IMG/VR virus record: IMGVR_UViG_3300032246_001368 | Coordinates: 1 to 64,000 of that record | Reading direction: 5' to 3' (one strand) | From: a virus | DNA: 64,000 nt | Shown here: in pieces, positions 47,377 to 57,767 of the stretch | Position numbering within the stretch: the stretch's first letter is position 1 | How the letters are laid out: each line of letters begins with the position of its first letter | Made by a program: the position numbers and the translations under genes | The notes under the pieces: generated by a model | The model's database searches: none | What the model was told of the DNA's origin: nothing | The model's input: only the letters and a program-made list of their open reading frames with translations

Positions 47377-50300
47377 GAGCAATAGATTTCACCCCAAATG
47401 GCATAGAAAAAACCACCACACATACGGCAACGACAATAACCCAGACGCAAGTCATGATCCTATTGCTAGTCGTGAACAGCCCTTTAGAGGAGACTTCATC
47501 TTAAAAGGTTCATTAAGTGCTGTTGCATCCTTAAGTGCATTTGCAGCTTTCTTTTATAGCAGCAATACAGCTATCAGCGCCATAGCAGGTAAAAGAGGAG
47601 CTTACATTTATAGCACAGGGGATTTGGGAATTGAAGTACAAAGCACAGCTCGTACAGCTATTAGTGCTTATGGAGATTATATAGGCGTAGAAGCTACAAG
47701 TGAGACTATAGCTATTTCTGCCAATGCTCCTTCTTTTGGTATTATAGTTAGTTCTGCATCAAGAGCAATTTCGGCTTATGGTGGATTAATTGGTTTAGAA
47801 GTAGGATCTCGTAATATAGCCCTTAGTGCTGCCGCTAACAATATTGGTGCTGTAGTATTTTCTCGTAATATAGGGTTAAGTGCTCTTGCCGATTCTGTGG
47901 GTATTTCTACTGCCTCGCCAAATATTGCATTAAGTGCATTTGGAACCAGAATTGGTATAGCCGCGACATCACCAACCGTTGCATTAAGTGCTTTCGGTAA
48001 TGGTTTAGGAATTACAACTTCTTCCCCTAATGTTGCATTAAGTGCTTTTGGTAATAATATTGCTATAGCATCTACATCACCAAATATTTCATTAAGTGCA
48101 TTCGGTAATAATTTAGGAGGCACTATATCATCTCCTAATATTGCGTTGAGTGCATTTGGTAATAATATTGGTATATCTACAACATCTCCCAATATCTCTC
48201 TAAGTGCCTTTGGTAATAATATAGGTATCTCTACCTCATCTCCCAATATTGCATTAAGTGCATTTGGTAATAATATAGCGTCAGTATTAAATTCTCCCAA
48301 TATAGCATTAAGTGCATTCGGTAATAATATCGCCGGTGTGTTCCTTAGTAATACAGTATGTCTATCAACTAATGGCGGAATTACAGATGCTTACCCGGTT
48401 AAAAATAATCCTTACTACGGACCAAATTATATATCAAAAAATGTTTTAAATAACAGAACTGGTATCTTTACAGAAAATCCGTTATCAGCATTCCATGTTA
48501 CTGGTGGATCTCTTTTTGATGGTCATATGACTATTACCGGCAACCTTTCAGTTGCCGGTGATCTTACACGTTTTGATACATATGTTTATATAACTAGTAG
48601 TGTTGAAATCAATGTACAAAATAATTCAAATACCACACCAGCATTGTATGTAATAAATAGAGGTAACAATAAAGTTATAGCTGCTTATGATGGTGATGTC
48701 AATAATCCAGGTCTTATAGTAGATGGCGATTCATCGCGTCCGGGATATGTTGGTATGGGTGTAACAAACCCTGAAGTACGATTAGATATTTATAATAATG
48801 CTACAGGCACACCACAATCAGCATCGGCTGCTACTGGTACAGTGGTGCATGTATCTCAAGCTGATGCGTCTCCAAGTAGAATATTAGTAGATTCTTTCGG
48901 TGTAGCATCAGCAGCCAGACCTTCATTTACCGGAAGACATAGTAATGGTACAGCTGCAGCACCTACCGCTGTACAGGGTAATGATGTTCTTTGTGAATTT
49001 ACAGGACAAGGCTATGGAACATCTGCATATAGTACCACTTCAAGAGGTAGAATGAAAATCAATGCTGATGAAGCATGGACTAATTCAGCACAAGGAACTT
49101 ATCTATCTTTTGAAACTACTCAGCGTGGTGGTCTTATCACGTCAGAGGTAATGAAAATTTCTAGCAACGGTTTCGTTGGTATTAATACAACAGTACCTAA
49201 TGAAAGATTAACTGTTGCAGGTAGTATCAGTGCTCAGAATAATCTTTCAGCGGTTTACATTCACGTAGCCCCTGGCATGAATGTAAATTATCCTTCATAT
49301 CCCAATGTGAGAGCATCCTTTGTTTCCTTTATAGACGGATATGCTCAGGTAAATGCTCAGAATTTAAATTCTGGCAATGCAGCATCTACAGATATCATTC
49401 TCACAAGTGATAACGGATCAGATACAGCCAATTATCTTGATCTTGGTATTAACAGCAGTACATATAACCAAGCCGCATTTAATATAACTGGAGTAGGTGA
49501 CGGTTATTTATATGTACAGAATAATGATTTAACAATCGGTACCGCTGGTGCCGCAGACACAACCAATGATCTTATCTTCCATACTGGAGGAACGACAACT
49601 TCACAAGAAAGAATCCGTATTACCAAAACTGGTGTTACTACAATTAACAATGTTACAAATGCTAATGTATCTATTAATAACGCTTCTTCAGGAACAGGTA
49701 CCACCAGCATACATAACAATACTACCAACACTGCAGCATTAGCAATAGGAAATACAGCCGCTCCTGCCACTGTAGGTGCTAGCACATTAGGTATAACCAC
49801 AACCGGTCAAGTAGACTTAAATTCAAGTACAGCAAAAACTTCTAACATTAATACTGGTAGCGGTGCTGTTACAACAACTATTGGTAATGCAGGTACAGTA
49901 GCTATTAACGGAACAACAAACGTTACAGGTACCACAACAATTGCTGGTAATTCTACAATCGCCAACACAGCCGGTAACACTTTAACAATAGGTAATAGTA
50001 CAGGAGCAGTAACAGCCAATGCTAGTACATATGGATTAACTGCTGCCAGCACCTTAGATTTAACAAGTGGTGGTACTTTAACCATTAATGCCACAACTGG
50101 AAGAACATCGAACATTAACACCGGTAGTGGTGCGGTAACAACTACAATAGGTAATAATACAGCTTCTAATGTAACAGTAGTAAACAGTCAAAGTGTAACT
50201 GCTCCTAATCAAACATATGTAGATGGTACATCTGTTATAACAGGGTCATTAGGTGATGCCAGATATGGTCAACAACTTAAATATTTCCGTACTTCAGATT

Positions 50301-50722
50301 TAAGTCGCTTATCTACAACAACTCTTGCTAATGATGATGTATTAATCATTCCTGCGGCTTCTCTATTAGCTAATAAAACATATTCAATAGAATGTGTTCT
50401 TAATTTCTCAAGTGCTGTCATAACTAATGGTGCTAGAATAGCCTTTAGTGATGCTAGTGGTAGTGTTACCAATGTTTCTATAACAGATATATATGGTGCT
50501 AATGGTACAGCAAGTGTTGCTGGTTATACCTCTTTTGTTGCTGCAAATAATACCACTATTGTAGTCACAGGAACAACTCCTATAACATTTACAAGAAAAG
50601 GAACTTTCAGAACAGGAGCTTCACCCGGCAATATAACTCTTCAATGGGCTCAAGGTACAAGTATAGCCACAAATACCACTCTTAAGGCTGGTAGTTATTT
50701 AGCCGCAACACTTTTAGGATAA
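47375..50722 (+). CDS. long tail fibre-like protein, 1115 aa
   Basis: His/Arg-rich N-terminus; 20-aa beta-helix-like repeats; GYVGMGVTNP..RLDI and GFVGINTT.PNERLTVAG fibre modules; Thr/Gly-rich shaft; C-terminal ITLQWAQ....TTLKAGSYL head domain. Confidence 0.8.
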   Translation: MSNRFHPKWHRKNHHTYGNDNNPDASHDPIASREQPFRGDFILKGSLSAVASLSAFAAFFYSSNTAISAIAGKRGAYIYSTGDLGIEVQSTARTAISAYGDYIGVEATSETIAISANAPSFGIIVSSASRAISAYGGLIGLEVGSRNIALSAAANNIGAVVFSRNIGLSALADSVGISTASPNIALSAFGTRIGIAATSPTVALSAFGNGLGITTSSPNVALSAFGNNIAIASTSPNISLSAFGNNLGGTISSPNIALSAFGNNIGISTTSPNISLSAFGNNIGISTSSPNIALSAFGNNIASVLNSPNIALSAFGNNIAGVFLSNTVCLSTNGGITDAYPVKNNPYYGPNYISKNVLNNRTGIFTENPLSAFHVTGGSLFDGHMTITGNLSVAGDLTRFDTYVYITSSVEINVQNNSNTTPALYVINRGNNKVIAAYDGDVNNPGLIVDGDSSRPGYVGMGVTNPEVRLDIYNNATGTPQSASAATGTVVHVSQADASPSRILVDSFGVASAARPSFTGRHSNGTAAAPTAVQGNDVLCEFTGQGYGTSAYSTTSRGRMKINADEAWTNSAQGTYLSFETTQRGGLITSEVMKISSNGFVGINTTVPNERLTVAGSISAQNNLSAVYIHVAPGMNVNYPSYPNVRASFVSFIDGYAQVNAQNLNSGNAASTDIILTSDNGSDTANYLDLGINSSTYNQAAFNITGVGDGYLYVQNNDLTIGTAGAADTTNDLIFHTGGTTTSQERIRITKTGVTTINNVTNANVSINNASSGTGTTSIHNNTTNTAALAIGNTAAPATVGASTLGITTTGQVDLNSSTAKTSNINTGSGAVTTTIGNAGTVAINGTTNVTGTTTIAGNSTIANTAGNTLTIGNSTGAVTANASTYGLTAASTLDLTSGGTLTINATTGRTSNINTGSGAVTTTIGNNTASNVTVVNSQSVTAPNQTYVDGTSVITGSLGDARYGQQLKYFRTSDLSRLSTTTLANDDVLIIPAASLLANKTYSIECVLNFSSAVITNGARIAFSDASGSVTNVSITDIYGANGTASVAGYTSFVAANNTTIVVTGTTPITFTRKGTFRTGASPGNITLQWAQGTSIATNTTLKAGSYLAATLLG
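47810..48335 (+). repeat. in-frame 60-bp tandem repeats (about 9 copies) encoding SPNIALSAFGNNIGISTT-like units
   Basis: aatattgcattaagtgcattyggtaataatat recurs at 60-nt intervals; more degenerate copies extend upstream to about 47570; boundaries approximate. Confidence 0.9.
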
Positions 50723-50762
50723 TATAGTCTTTAAAATTGAAACTTTACATTAAATATTATTA

Positions 50763-51416
50763 ATGGCATACTCAGCTACTGTATCATTAACCTCTACAAA
50801 TTTTATATCCTTAAGTGGGGTATCACCTTTTGAGTTGACCATAGACCCAAAAAATATTGATGTGCCTAATAAAATAAGACGCATTGAATATGATTTTGAT
50901 GACGGCACAATCATTACACAATCCTTGTTTGGCCCAGAAGTTGTAGGCTCCACGGAAACCAATGATCCTAGAAATTTTTCCAAAACAAATTTTTATAATC
51001 TTGTTGATGAATACAGAAAAACATTTACAGTAAAAACAAAGGTATATCAATTGGGTTTCGAATCTCCTACAATTTTTACAATATCTCTCAACCTTACAGT
51101 ACCTACACTAGAGGGATTAGATGGAGGATATTTTGAAAAATTACATTTAATATCCACACGTATGTTTGGACCTAATAATGATATGGTCTATGTTTTCGAA
51201 AGTGAAAACCCTTATTATATTTTACCGGTTTTAGTTAATTGGAAATCCAGACCTATAGAACCTATTATACCAATTATAAATACTCCATACAGACCTTACA
51301 AATTATTAGCACCTTTTGAGGATGAAAGAAGTACCTCTATAGGAACTAGTGGACAAATAGATACAGTAACGGATACACCCGCACCTCCGGGAGTAACAGA
51401 CACAGGAGTATATTAA
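50763..51416 (+). CDS. hypothetical virion protein with PKD-like segment, 217 aa
   Basis: SGVSPFELT..P...IEYDFDDGT; TAAATA 6 nt upstream. Confidence 0.65.
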   Translation: MAYSATVSLTSTNFISLSGVSPFELTIDPKNIDVPNKIRRIEYDFDDGTIITQSLFGPEVVGSTETNDPRNFSKTNFYNLVDEYRKTFTVKTKVYQLGFESPTIFTISLNLTVPTLEGLDGGYFEKLHLISTRMFGPNNDMVYVFESENPYYILPVLVNWKSRPIEPIIPIINTPYRPYKLLAPFEDERSTSIGTSGQIDTVTDTPAPPGVTDTGVY

Positions 51417-51417
51417 T

Positions 51418-52167
51418 ATGAGTAACTATAACACTGTATTATCACCAGGCGAACTCTGGTTAAGAAACGCGGCAGGGGTTTTAGACTCTGCTAATAATTC
51501 ATTATCGACTGTCTTCATAAAATATAAAGATGCCAATGCTAATTTTTATTCAGAATTATCATCTAATAATATAACTAGATTTGATGTTTTTTATGATTGT
51601 ATTTTCGTTGAAACACGTTCTGGTTATATCTTTGAAAAAATATACATAGAAGATTCTACCATTAAACCTTTCAATTATAGAAATAATTTCACACAAAGAG
51701 CTCGTGCAGCAGTAGATTATTGGTTTGATGAAAGAAAAAATAGAATTCATTTTACTCAAATACAAACATTAACTCAAACCCAAAGCGCTTTTGATTTTTA
51801 TCTAGATATTAAAACATTTGATTGTTATGAGAGTTCTATAACAACTTCTAGTATTAACCAAGTACATCTAGCCTTTTTAAAATCTTTCAATTGGTCTGTA
51901 TCTTGTTATCAATTAGAAACTCCTAAAATAACATATAACCCTGATAACAAATATTATAATGTGTCTTTTGTCTTTAGAAACTCTTCTGAAGAAATGTCTT
52001 TAGCCAGTATTAATTTATTCGAAGAATCTAATTTAAAAATCAAAGAAATAAACACCTATATACCATTTGCAGAATTGGATAATAACAATTCATTCAATAT
52101 AGAAATAACCTCCGGTCCTTTGTATGATATATTAGTATCAACAAATTACAATATCATATTAAGCTAA
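51418..52167 (+). CDS. hypothetical virion protein, 249 aa
   Basis: ORF track; 1 nt after previous stop; beta-rich. Confidence 0.65.
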   Translation: MSNYNTVLSPGELWLRNAAGVLDSANNSLSTVFIKYKDANANFYSELSSNNITRFDVFYDCIFVETRSGYIFEKIYIEDSTIKPFNYRNNFTQRARAAVDYWFDERKNRIHFTQIQTLTQTQSAFDFYLDIKTFDCYESSITTSSINQVHLAFLKSFNWSVSCYQLETPKITYNPDNKYYNVSFVFRNSSEEMSLASINLFEESNLKIKEINTYIPFAELDNNNSFNIEITSGPLYDILVSTNYNIILS

Positions 52168-52210
52168 AAATAGTAGAGGTATATTTGTACTTTCTTTCTA
52201 AATATTATAA

Positions 52211-55200
52211 ATGTCCTCACCTATTTATTCCCAGCCACTTTCTTCGATTTACTGGCTACCGATAGAATTTAATATAGTAGGAGAGGAATTTTCTACAGTT
52301 AATACACCATTACTATTCAGTAATGGAATGTCGTTTAATCTCCATGACTGTTTAAAGGATTATAATGACGTTTCCTTTAATAGAAGAACTGGAATGTTCT
52401 TAACAAACATATATAACTATAATTCTATATTAAAAAATAACACATCACCGAATTACAAAGAAGACCTCACAGAAATAAAAAGTCCTTTAGCTACATTAGA
52501 TTCCTTAATAATATCATTATCCACAGGTTCTAATGGGTTATTCAAATCTGATAGATACGAAGTAAGTTCTGAAGATAATTTAACCTTCACATTTAATTCT
52601 GATGATAAAGTATTAATAGAAGCCCCTGATAAAACAGTATTGACTGGAACATCCACTGGTCAAGGAGGTCTTTCTTTCCAATTAAAAATATCGCCTCCAG
52701 ACAGCAGTCAATTATTCGATTACTTGTTAGGCCCTGACACGATAGTACTATTTAAATCTGGTACATCATTTTCTCAGATAGTAGAAAGAAATGGAAATGC
52801 CTATCAACTTTCAACCATTAATTATGGAATAAATACGAATCTCCCAGAGACAGTAATTTTTAAACTTGCATCTTATACAGGTCAAGGTGAATTGTTACCT
52901 GACATAAAAAATAGTACACTCATAAGATATTTAACCAATCCACTATCAGACCAAAAATCACTAAAAGTAGATTCTGATATATTATCAACCGGATATGCAC
53001 AAAATTATCTTGGAGTATTCCCTTATGAATACCCACAGATAAACGACAAAACCGCTAGTTATGCATTACAAATGCATGGTCTTAAAAATTATCAAACACC
53101 TGAATACAATTATAGTTTCGGACAGGAATATGTAGCAGGTCAAAAGGGTATAAGGAGAATCTATGATAGAATATTCACCGGTACCAATCAAGAAAAGGGT
53201 TTGAATAATGTATATCTAGGATTCCAGGCAAATACATCTCAAATAATATTTAAAAGAGATCTAGATACTCCTTTCTATTTTCCTCCTTCAACTAAAAGAA
53301 CTGCTTTGAGTTCTGCTGGTATAATTGAAGATGGGGGAATTGCTAGTGGTTCACCTTATACCTCTGATAGAATTTATATAAAACAAATAGATTATACAGA
53401 AAAAACGCCTGGAGTGCCTCAACCACCTTCAGTTACTCGTTATAGCAATGTCTGGCTTTGTTCTTGGTTATCAGGAGACAATAACGGAAATGCCGCTTGG
53501 ATGGATCGTTTTTACAATTCTGCTTATTATACAATAGATCAAGCTCTTTCAGCCAAGTCACTATTTTATCATCATAAAACAATAGCAGACCAAGAATTTA
53601 CATTTGATGTTCCTTCTACAATGGTTTTAGAACCTGGTGTACTCTATAGATATCACAGGGTAGGTCCTAATGTTAGTTCTTCATTCGTAACTCATTTAGA
53701 TGCAGACCCAGGCAATGCTTTGGGTTCTAAGGTATTACATATCAGTGCTTGGGACTCTTCGCCTTTACAAGATTTATCAAAATATAATAATGACGGATTA
53801 ATATTCTTTAACAACTCACAAAATTTAAAAGATCAATACTGGATTTTAGACGGAACTAATCATGCCGTATTCCCAGCTAAAAATTCTTTATTAGAATCAA
53901 CAAGAATGACAGTATCTTTATGGATCAACGTCGATGATTGGGCTAATATAAATGGCGGACAAATCTTTGGTAACTATTATGATAGTGGTTTTGGTTTAAT
54001 AAATGATTCCGCCTTAACAGCACCGTTATTTTCTTTAGTAAATAATATATCATCAGCATCCTACGATATAAATTATAGACTCAATGTAGTAAACTCAAAT
54101 AACATTCCTTCATTACCGTTGAGTAATAATAACATTGTAGTACGTTTACCCGATTTTAGTACATGGGTATTTGATTCTTATAATATAATAGGTAGAAAAT
54201 TCAATACATACGGACGTATAGAACATACAACATCTCCTTCAGTATCAGCTTTTATATATAACATAGATCAAGTAGAAGTAGACGGAAATGGCAATTTATT
54301 CATATTCGATATTGCTAATCACAAATTAGTAAAAACAGATTCTAACGGAAATTATATAACAAATTATTCTTTAGTGTCCAGTGCAAAACGTTTCGAATTA
54401 GATTTAGAGAATACGGTAATCCCTATTTACGGCAATGCGTCCGTAATAGACAATTCAAATAATATTTGGGAGTCTATAGGTAGCAATCTCTATAAGAATA
54501 GAGTTATATATGCAAATATAGGACCTATACAACAATTAAGTTGTGATGCAAGTAATAACATATGGATATTACACGACCAAGATAGTGTTACAAAATTAAA
54601 TGCAGATTCGGGAGTATTTGTTTTTAACTTAAGAATAGGTGAAAATTCAGACTTATCTATTAATTCTTGCAACAAACCCACTACACAGACAAGATTTTTA
54701 AATTTCTTAAGAACACCGAATCTCAATCAAACATTATGTTCTTCTTCAAAATCTTCAACAGAAGATTTGGCAGTATTAATTGACAATGATAATGACCAAG
54801 TATATATATTAGATGTAAGTGGTAATCTTTTGACAAAACTCAATTTAAATACATTAAGCAATGGTGATTCTTCAGACTTTGTAGCTAAGGGAGATTTTTC
54901 AGGATATCAGTATCTAAGAAAGTATAGTGCATTGACTAAAAACTTAAGTTGGAAATTTAAAATATCCAATCCTGATGGTTCTAATAGCCAATACCTTTCT
55001 TTAAATTATGGTGTAAGTTCATTACCCAATGGATGGCATAATTTTGCTTTCGTATTTGATTCCACAAAAGGCATAGCCGAATATTATATAGATTCGTTGA
55101 AAGTAGACCAAGTGGATTTCACAGCCAACAAATACCAACTCTATTATGACTATAGGTCTTCTTTACTCTTAGGCGCCGCTTCAATGAAGAATAGTACTTT

Positions 55201-55561
55201 AAATGATATTATTGGTATAGATGATGCTTATAAATTCATAGGTAAGGTTGCGGATCTTCGTATGTATAATAAGTCTTTATCTCCGGGTGAGATCGAGCAA
55301 ATATACTTTGCAGCTCCCTTCAATGAAGGTAGACAAGATTTAGCCTGGAATACTTCCGTAGGTAATTGCAACTTCATTGAAGAAATTCAACATTGGTTCC
55401 AAATGCAATTACCAGGTAGTAAAAGTAAATATTATAACATTAATATACACAATCTTAATGTGACAGATGAAATTAAAAAATTAATAGAAAATGCTTTGAA
55501 AAATAATATTCAAAAGATATCTCCGGCTCAAGCCTCTCTATATAAAATAAATTGGATGTAA
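52211..55561 (+). CDS. virion protein with a split LamG domain enclosing a beta-propeller, 1116 aa
   Basis: LDGTNHA...MTVSLWINVDDW, then about 350 aa of propeller-like D..NNIW repeats, then GWHNFAFVFD...YYID...FIGKVADLRMYNKSLS..EI. Confidence 0.7.
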   Translation: MSSPIYSQPLSSIYWLPIEFNIVGEEFSTVNTPLLFSNGMSFNLHDCLKDYNDVSFNRRTGMFLTNIYNYNSILKNNTSPNYKEDLTEIKSPLATLDSLIISLSTGSNGLFKSDRYEVSSEDNLTFTFNSDDKVLIEAPDKTVLTGTSTGQGGLSFQLKISPPDSSQLFDYLLGPDTIVLFKSGTSFSQIVERNGNAYQLSTINYGINTNLPETVIFKLASYTGQGELLPDIKNSTLIRYLTNPLSDQKSLKVDSDILSTGYAQNYLGVFPYEYPQINDKTASYALQMHGLKNYQTPEYNYSFGQEYVAGQKGIRRIYDRIFTGTNQEKGLNNVYLGFQANTSQIIFKRDLDTPFYFPPSTKRTALSSAGIIEDGGIASGSPYTSDRIYIKQIDYTEKTPGVPQPPSVTRYSNVWLCSWLSGDNNGNAAWMDRFYNSAYYTIDQALSAKSLFYHHKTIADQEFTFDVPSTMVLEPGVLYRYHRVGPNVSSSFVTHLDADPGNALGSKVLHISAWDSSPLQDLSKYNNDGLIFFNNSQNLKDQYWILDGTNHAVFPAKNSLLESTRMTVSLWINVDDWANINGGQIFGNYYDSGFGLINDSALTAPLFSLVNNISSASYDINYRLNVVNSNNIPSLPLSNNNIVVRLPDFSTWVFDSYNIIGRKFNTYGRIEHTTSPSVSAFIYNIDQVEVDGNGNLFIFDIANHKLVKTDSNGNYITNYSLVSSAKRFELDLENTVIPIYGNASVIDNSNNIWESIGSNLYKNRVIYANIGPIQQLSCDASNNIWILHDQDSVTKLNADSGVFVFNLRIGENSDLSINSCNKPTTQTRFLNFLRTPNLNQTLCSSSKSSTEDLAVLIDNDNDQVYILDVSGNLLTKLNLNTLSNGDSSDFVAKGDFSGYQYLRKYSALTKNLSWKFKISNPDGSNSQYLSLNYGVSSLPNGWHNFAFVFDSTKGIAEYYIDSLKVDQVDFTANKYQLYYDYRSSLLLGAASMKNSTLNDIIGIDDAYKFIGKVADLRMYNKSLSPGEIEQIYFAAPFNEGRQDLAWNTSVGNCNFIEEIQHWFQMQLPGSKSKYYNINIHNLNVTDEIKKLIENALKNNIQKISPAQASLYKINWM

Positions 55562-55562
55562 T

Positions 55563-56348
55563 ATGGCCACAGTAACATTACCTATCAAATCAGACGAGAC
55601 TTGTTCTAATATATTTTTATTAGATGAACGTCTCTGTTTAGATGTTTCTCTGGATGTTATTAATTTTAATTTTAACCAATTACAATCCAATTTAAATGTT
55701 ATTAACAATTATGGACAACAATGGAATAATTTGTTCACAGTATTTGCTAATAATAGTTCTAGATGGTTTACTTCATCAACTAATGTTTATTCTCTCAGCT
55801 CTAAATGGGTTAATACATATCAAACAATTAATTCTTTAAGTGCTACTTGGTGTAAAGAATTTTCTTTATATTATCCCACTATCTTAGAAATCAATTCATG
55901 GTATGCTTTAAATACCAATGCCAAGAACAGTATAGCAACTAACTGGTTGAATTTAAACTTCCCAGCATCATCCTTCCCAAAAAATCAAATCATATCCTTT
56001 TATATAAATTTATATCAACAGAAGCCATTTACTTTTAGTTTCATGAGATCCCTCTATGAACCATGTACACCCAATGGTGGAGGAGCATCTGTTAGTTGTG
56101 GTCAGTGCCCAACACCTTCAAGAGGATGCAATCATCACGGAGGAAGGGCTGGTTATGGACCATGTACAAATGCTTATGATGGATGTTCTAAACAAACAAC
56201 TGGATATGGTACACAATCATTTTCTTGTAGAGCAAATGGATATAAAACATTAGTGATTGGTAAGACCCAAAATTATGTAGACACTAGCACCGCTAGAGTT
56301 ATAAGACTAAGGTTTCAAAATATCAATAATAACTGGAGCGCAATATAA
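55563..56348 (+). CDS. virion protein, paralogue 1 of 3, with Cys-rich insert
   Basis: SL..IN.NF coiled coil, NSSRW/LSSKW repeats, W..EFS.YYP, WL..NFP; 7-Cys insert. Confidence 0.7.
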   Translation: MATVTLPIKSDETCSNIFLLDERLCLDVSLDVINFNFNQLQSNLNVINNYGQQWNNLFTVFANNSSRWFTSSTNVYSLSSKWVNTYQTINSLSATWCKEFSLYYPTILEINSWYALNTNAKNSIATNWLNLNFPASSFPKNQIISFYINLYQQKPFTFSFMRSLYEPCTPNGGGASVSCGQCPTPSRGCNHHGGRAGYGPCTNAYDGCSKQTTGYGTQSFSCRANGYKTLVIGKTQNYVDTSTARVIRLRFQNINNNWSAI

Positions 56349-57127
56349 TGCCTTATAATATTACCAATATACAATCAAATACTACTATAGGAGACTCACT
56401 CTCTTCTATGAACAGTAATTATGCAGTTCTTGAGACCTGGGTCAACAATATTCAATTAAGTGCTACGAATCTTTGGATACCACTTACAGAATTCTATAAT
56501 GCATATTCAGCATTTTTTAAATCTGCAAATACCACGAGCCAGCAATATTCAGCTTCTTGGGTAAGCATGTCTACCACCGTAGAAACCAATAGTGCCAAGT
56601 GGATAAAACCTATAACTATTTTTTATCCCCAAATATTTCCGTATCCATTTACTAACAATAATACAAACACCGTATATAATTGGCTAACAAATAATTTCCC
56701 AGTATCAGGTACTACAGTTACCAAACCAAGTTACGTAGAAAATCAACAAATCATTATTTATGCACATACATATACACAGAATGTACAACCTGACACGGTA
56801 TATAACCTCATGGATATGGCACAATGTTCAACCTACGATGGTAATATTTGTGCATATTGCACAACTAGTTATTATGGATATGTATATTGCAGTAATGGAG
56901 ATTTCTCATGCGGAGGATCTTCTTCATGCAGTCAATGTGCCACCGTCAATTGTTATTATACCGGATACCCGTATGTCAATTTAACAAATAGAGGTAGATC
57001 AGCTCAAAGTTATATATCAGCTGCCGTGACGATGGGCTTCTCCGAAAGACAAGAAGTCAAACAAATCAAAGCAATATCCTATAAAGTAAAAAATTGTAAT
57101 TGGGTATTTGATAAATTTATAAACTAA
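56348..57127 (+). CDS. virion protein, paralogue 2 of 3, with Cys-rich insert
   Basis: IGDSL..MN.NY, NSAKW, I.IFYP, WL.NNFP; 8-Cys insert; TAATG coupling to previous gene. Confidence 0.7.
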   Translation: MPYNITNIQSNTTIGDSLSSMNSNYAVLETWVNNIQLSATNLWIPLTEFYNAYSAFFKSANTTSQQYSASWVSMSTTVETNSAKWIKPITIFYPQIFPYPFTNNNTNTVYNWLTNNFPVSGTTVTKPSYVENQQIIIYAHTYTQNVQPDTVYNLMDMAQCSTYDGNICAYCTTSYYGYVYCSNGDFSCGGSSSCSQCATVNCYYTGYPYVNLTNRGRSAQSYISAAVTMGFSERQEVKQIKAISYKVKNCNWVFDKFIN

Positions 57128-57128
57128 T

Positions 57129-57767
57129 ATGGCTACAAATAATTTAACATTTGAAATTTTTAATGAAGACTACGTAGGTGATTCTATAGGCAAACATAAT
57201 TATAATGCTTTATCACTTGACACGTCAATTTGTAATTTGTCGTCTATGTTATTTAATGATGCGGATAACATATATGTTACGCTTGCAGATTTAGCATATA
57301 ATATTAACAAATTTAATCAAACCGCTAGTTTGTTTGTTGATCCTTCACGATATGATACATGTTCTTCTGCTACATCATTATTAAGTTCTTACTGGAGCCA
57401 ACATGAATTTTCTGTTCATTATCCTATTAACATATCCACTATTAATAATTTAGCAATCGACGCTCCGGTGTATAATTCCCCAGAAGCAAGATTAACCTCT
57501 TTAGCACTTGCCTATCTTAATGCTAATTTCAAGGCGAATGTCTTTACACAAGGGACCAAAGCTAATGTCATATTCTTTTTGTATAATGTAGGTATTAATC
57601 CATCAGATCCAAATAATTTAATGCATGTATCATTCTCCCCAGAAATATCATTTGTTAACAGGTATATGTCAGCGTCTTATAAAAGGGATGACGCCCATTT
57701 TACAAATGGTAAAATAATAAAATTCGTGCAAACCAATGGTACCTGGGTTAAAATAAGTTCATTATAA
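57129..57767 (+). CDS. virion protein, paralogue 3 of 3, lacking the Cys insert
   Basis: VGDSI..HNYN, LSSYW..HEFSVHYP, YL.ANF, C-terminal IIKF....G.W.KI shared with the two preceding genes. Confidence 0.7.
   Translation: MATNNLTFEIFNEDYVGDSIGKHNYNALSLDTSICNLSSMLFNDADNIYVTLADLAYNINKFNQTASLFVDPSRYDTCSSATSLLSSYWSQHEFSVHYPINISTINNLAIDAPVYNSPEARLTSLALAYLNANFKANVFTQGTKANVIFFLYNVGINPSDPNNLMHVSFSPEISFVNRYMSASYKRDDAHFTNGKIIKFVQTNGTWVKISSL

Noticed and set aside
47810-48335. Regular 60-bp repeats as a CRISPR array
   Set aside because: In-frame coding repeats with third-position variation, no unique spacers and no cas genes
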